DNA of 63,738 nt, filler included. It is 21 parts of 21 records of this genome, joined end to end, with 100 filler letters (N's around TTAATTAATTAA, not from the genome) between each part and the next. Parts side by side here need not be neighbours in the genome. Positions count along the whole stretch, not along the records: positions 57,699 to 61,627 come from SRR36015646_25452; positions 61,728 to 63,738 come from SRR36015646_25687; 19 more parts are not named here. One strand, given 5' to 3'. Under the pieces are notes generated by a model. That model saw only the letters and a program-made list of their open reading frames with translations. It ran no database searches and was not told the DNA's origin. Shown piece by piece: positions 58,711-63,738 of the stretch (positions are counted from its first letter, which is position 1; the number at the start of each line of letters is the position of its first letter). The position numbers and the translations under genes were made by a program.

Positions 58711-61627
58711 ATGGAAATATTTGCTTACAAGAATAGTAACAGTCTGATCACAACAACTAGGCTGACATACATGCATGTTTTTAATATAGTATTTATTACA
58801 GTTTGTTGCTTAACAACCACTGCCTATTTTTATCATAACATTATGCATAAAAATTCAATTGCATGCTTTAACGTTAGAGGACTAAAAGGGAAGGTTGATC
58901 AAATTTCCCATTTTTTAAAGAGCAGGGGCCCAACAGTTATTGCTCTACAAGAAACTCACCTACTGTCTGCATATGAACAAAACATTTGGCATAAAGATTG
59001 GAATAAAGATTTTAGCTTTTGGAGCAATGTTGACATCAATCCACAGGCAACTGCAGGAGTGGGGATAACATTCAACTCAGCACAATGTGATATAGAAATC
59101 ATCAAACATAGACACATCGTCAACGGAAGATGTCTTCTGGTTACATTTAAACTAAACTCCAACATATATACGATTGTCAACGTTTATGCACCCAATAATC
59201 CGGACGAGAGGCGAACGTTTTACAAGAATATCTCGAACTTGCTGTCAGAAAACGGACTAATTGAAGGAATTCCACTACTTCTTGGAGACTTCAACATGGT
59301 TGAAGATCCAAAAGATGCTACCTCATCCTCAGTCCATTATAGCACAGCCGGTTCGGAAGAATACCAACAAATCAAGAAAATACTTGGACTACAAGATGTT
59401 TTCAGGACATTGAACCCAACAAGAATAGAATACACCTGGCGTGACAGTAGGGGGAGAGCGTCAAGAATTGACAGAGTCTATGCAAACAGAGATTTCATTA
59501 AATTTATGATAAGCTGCACAAGGATACCAACTGTGTTCAGCGACCATGATTGCTGCATCTTCAGATTCAACGACACTTTCTTTAACAATACGCAGAAAAA
59601 TCTATGGAAATGCAATATTTCAGTCCTTAAATGCCAAGAACTCAAAACTACAATAATTAAGTGCATTACGGCATGGAGACAAAATGCGACACACATAGAT
59701 AACCCCTTGCAATGGTGGGACAAACTCAAAGGAAAAATAAAGTACACCATCATCAAGTATTGTACAGAAAAACTGAGAGGACAGAGAGAGGAAGAAACCA
59801 AATTAGAAACAAAGTTGAGACTATTACACGACAAGCTGGATAAAGAATACAATGAATCAATTGCAATGGAAATAACTGAAGTGAAAGAACAAATCCAGAA
59901 GATTGAAGAAAACAAATTAAATGGAAGGAAAATAAGATCACGCTCAGCTTATATTGAAAGCGGAGAACAGTCCACATCATATTTTTCCCAACTAGAGAGA
60001 AAAAGGCAAATTAAGAAATATATCCATGCAATTTACAACAAGGATAAGGTTCTGTCAGAAACACCAACAGAGGTCGAAGAAACCATTTGGAATTTTTACA
60101 AGGACTTGTACAGTAGTGAGCCTACCGATCCACAAATACAAGAAAAGTTTCTAAATGGCATCAAAACAAAATTGTCAGAACAGGACAAAATAGTATGCGA
60201 GGGATTTTTAAGTAAGGACGAATTATACATGTCGCTAAAATCAATGCACAACAATAAAACTCCTGGAGATGATGGACTGCCAAAGGAGTTTTACATAGAA
60301 TACTGGCAATGGATAGGAGACGATCTTACTGAGATGCTTAACAACGCATTTCTAATAGGTAAACTGCCAGACTCACTTCTCATGGCAATTATTAACCTAC
60401 TGTACAAAAAAGGCGACCATAGGATAATAGGAAACTATAGGCCCATATCTTTATTGAATATCGATTACAAGATACTTACCAAAACACTGGCTAGAAGATT
60501 GCGTCAAGTCATCAAAAATCTCATACATCAGAACCAAACTTGTGGCATTCCGGACAGAACTATACACGACAACTTATGGTTAATACAGGGTATTGTGGAA
60601 TATTGTGAGATAAACGATACAGGGGCAGCCATTGTTTGCATAGACAACGAGAAGGCATTCGACAGGGTCGAGCACAGTTGGCTAAGACAAGTGTTGCGAG
60701 CTTATGGTTTTGGGGAGATGTTCCTCAAATGGATTGAGATCATTTATAGCAATATGAAAGCCAAACTACTCATAAATGGGAATATTACCCAGGCGTTGCC
60801 CGTTGGAAGGTCACTCAGGCAGGGATGCCCCCTGTCAATGAGTCTGTACCTACTGACAGTGGAGCCGTTAGACAATGTTATCCGTAAGGACAAAAATATA
60901 AAAGGCATTGTGCTACCAGATCAAAAGGAAGTAAAGCTAGCCTGCTACGCGGATGATAAGACTGCGCTTATATCGAACAGACGATCTATCATTTCGTTAA
61001 ACAAACATCTACGTGAGTTTAAAGAAGCATCAGGAGCTAAACAAAATGAAGACAAGACGGAGGTTCTGCTGATGGGAAGCTGGAAAGAAACTAATACGGG
61101 CTTTAACATAGATTGGGTGAGAGACAAAATTAAAGTTCTTGGCGTAACATTCGGACATGGAAATATACAGCAAGCAAATTGGCAGCCAATCATTGATAAA
61201 ATCAGCAAATCCATAAATCAGTGGGCCAGTAGAGATTTGTCTTTCGACGGGCGAAAAACATTGTTAAACACGTACATCCTCAGCAAAGTGTGGTATCTAG
61301 CCAGAGTGTTTAAGCCAGACAAGCAATACATAAAGATTCTCAACTCCCTGTATTTTAAATTTCAGTGGCGCTATCCAGTAGAACCGGTGAGTCGTGCAAT
61401 TTTGTATCTACCCAAGAAGATAGGTGGGCAAGGCGTAACTAACATAGCAGAAAGATGCAATGCTATCTTAGTTCAGAGAATTAAATCATTCCTCAAGACC
61501 ACACATGAATGGAAAAGCTACACGGTATACCAGATCGGTATATCTCTACGAAGTCTAGATGACACACTAGCAACAAATACACAAAGACATGTCGATGTAC
61601 AGTATGGGGTATACAAAGAGATCATAG
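58711..61627 (+). mobile_element. L1/Tx1-type ORF2 (APE + RT), 3'-truncated
   Basis: FNVRGL, ALQETH, NVYAPN, GDFN, SDHD, KTPGDDGLPKEFY, YADD. Closely related to 48944-52522. Confidence 0.95.
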
Positions 61628-61728
61628 NNNNNNNNNNNNNNNNNNNNNNNNNNNNNNNNNNNNNNNNNNNNTTAATTAATTAANNNNNNNNNNNNNNNNN
61701 NNNNNNNNNNNNNNNNNNNNNNNNNNNC

Positions 61729-63696
61729 AGTCATGATGCACCAAGCACCAGCACTCCAATACGTGCACCTCAAGTAAGGCATGAACCAGCCCATTTTTAC
61801 GGACGGCACCAGCGCCGGGTGGGAGAGCCCATGCAGGTTAGTGGTTCAAGTGACGATGAAAGTACTCCACGATTTGTTGATCCACGACCGGAATACGAGC
61901 AATCATCTCACCGGGCCAGAGGTAGGGCAGCCTCAACTAGACGGGCTAGAAGTAGGGCTGCATCAACCGGACAAGCTAGAGGTGGGGCGGCGTCAACTGG
62001 GCGGGCTAGAGGTAGGGCGGCCTCAACTGGACGGGGTAGAGGTAGGGGCCGTGGAGCTAATAGAGGGAGACGTGCAGCAGCACCGCAAGCTGATGCCTCA
62101 CCCGAACGGTCATACGATGACCCAGACGTGTCACCATTTACTCCACCTTTCGAGCCGAACAGAGGCCCGGGTGCACATTTACCCGGACGAGATTTGCGTG
62201 GCGGACTGAGTACGGCGTTGGATTTTTTCCGTTTATTTTTTACTATCGAAATGCTCCAGTCCGTCGTGGATAATACAAACATTTATGGCAACATGCATGT
62301 TGTGGACAAATCATACTATGGCGATAGTGATAGGGCATGGGTACCAACAACACTTCTCGAAATGAACAAATTCATTGCCCTAATTTTGTATATGGGGATT
62401 GTTCAGGTCCCGACACTCCACAGGTACTGGTCAACTAAAACACTGTATCATGGATTGTGGGCACGTGATTTTTTAACACGTGACCGCTTCAAGGCATTGA
62501 TGGCAATGTTACACATCGTGGATCCAACGGAAGAGGTAGCGGGCGATAAACTACGTAAGGTTCGAGTGTTTGTAGATGGTTTCAGAAATGTGTGTAGCGA
62601 ACTGTATCAGCCATTCCAACACATTGCCATCGACGAGAGAATGGTGAAATCGAAACATCGCTCCGGCATACGGCAATACATAAAGAACAAGCCAGTCAAG
62701 TGGGGAGTGAAACTTTGGGTTCTGGCGTGTTCTCTAACCGGATACACTGTTGACTTTGACATATATATCGGGCGAACAACTGTCATTATTTCCCAGTTTG
62801 GCTTAGCGTTTGACGTTGTGATGAAGCTAATGATGAACTATCTCCGACAAGGATACCGACTCATCACGGACAATTTCTATTCAAGTGTGGCGCTTTTCTC
62901 GCACTTAAAAGGGCTAGGTGTGCCATGCTATGGCACAACAGTGGAGCGAAGGATAGGTTTCCCGCAAAGTCTGAAGGGAGGTCAACAGTGGGCCACGCGA
63001 AAGCGCCGTGGAGACATGAGGTGGCAGAGATGCGATCACAACATTCTTGCAATGCAATGGAAGGACAGTAAAGTTGTCAAACTCTTGTCCACCGTGCATA
63101 GGGCAAATGACAAAACGACATGCGATAGAAACACAAGAGTAAATGGTGTTTATCAGGGGATTACCATTCCACTACCAAAAGCCATTGAGGATTACAACAA
63201 GTATATGGGTGCTGTTGATCGTTCTGATCAAATGTGTTCAAAATACAAGGTCTTGAGAAAGTGTTACAGATGGTGGAAGATACTCTACTACCACATCATT
63301 GACATTGCTGTTGTGAATGCGTTTGTGTTATTCCAGCTGCACCGACAAGAAAACCCTGACGATGAAAACTTGAAGCGGCCGGCAAAGTACGGTGTGTTAG
63401 AATTTCGCGAAGAGCTAATACGGCAGCTGGCCGGTCTACCGCAGTATGGTAAACCAACATTCAGGCGAATGCAACGTTCCCGTAGAAATGATAACGAATA
63501 CGACACTGAACATGTTCCAGTATACAGTCCGGAAAGGCGCAACTGCAAAGTATGCTATGTAGAAACCAAGGAGCAGATGAAAGTCCACACGTATTGTTCT
63601 GCAGCACAGTGTAATACATACTTGCATCTACCAACATTTGGACGAAACTGTTTTAGTATGTGGCACAGCGCTGATTTCAATCGCCATCGTCGCTAA
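61729..63696 (+). mobile_element. piggyBac transposase (PGBD4-like); frame open from the contig start
   Basis: IAIDERMV, KPVKWGVKLW, TDNFYSS, WKDSKVV, YNKYMGAVDRSD, RWWK, and a C-terminal Cys-rich domain (CKVC...C..AQC...H...CF..WH). Confidence 0.95.
61912..62049 (+). repeat. 30-bp coding tandem repeat (about 4.5 copies) encoding RARGRAASTG
   Basis: Units start at 61912, 61942, 61972, 62002 and 62032. Confidence 0.9.
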
Positions 63697-63738
63697 AGTT
63701 ACAACATTTGTTTCAGTAAATGTATCTGAAATATTTTT

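Noticed and set aside
3191-61727. Regularly recurring TTAATTAATTAA as a repeat array or as piggyBac TTAA target sites
   Set aside because: Always centred in 44+44 Ns, so it is an artificial linker. Adjacency across spacers has no biological meaning, and no cross-contig operon or cluster is claimed.
1-63738. Prokaryotic defence system, retron, DGR or phage module
   Set aside because: All RT, integrase and transposase motifs are of eukaryotic TE type. No bacterial genes, operons, rRNA or tRNA were recognised.

Overview
This window is not one locus. It is 21 short contigs (about 2-6 kb) joined by 20 artificial 100-nt spacers (N44-TTAATTAATTAA-N44, a six-frame stop linker). Nearly every contig is a eukaryotic, animal-type transposable element, probably from an invertebrate: 2 BEL/Pao and 2 Ty1/copia (GalEa-like) LTR elements, 4 L1/Tx1-type and 2 other APE-RT LINEs, a solo LINE ORF1, a Penelope-like element, a Helitron, 2 piggyBac, a THAP/P, a Sola2-like and a hAT-like transposase, and a TA-flanked MITE. 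This pattern fits a low-coverage assembly of the high-copy repeat fraction of an animal genome (inference). The most notable observations are: (1) a two-ORF Penelope-like element whose tandem-CCCH ORF1 joins the RT ORF through an in-frame U_UUU_UUA candidate -1 frameshift site; (2) the same heptamer, again correctly phased, joining an esterase-like ORF1 to an APE-RT ORF2 that has no ATG before its first endonuclease motif; (3) an unassigned element family on two contigs (3291-5381 and 35318-38143) with divergent homologous ORFs, four identical non-coding blocks and a swappable cargo slot (an SGNH hydrolase gene in one, an inverted-repeat-bounded segment in the other); (4) an orphan Cys-rich acidic ORF followed by a hairpin cluster. 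All family calls come from motif recognition by eye; no searches were run.
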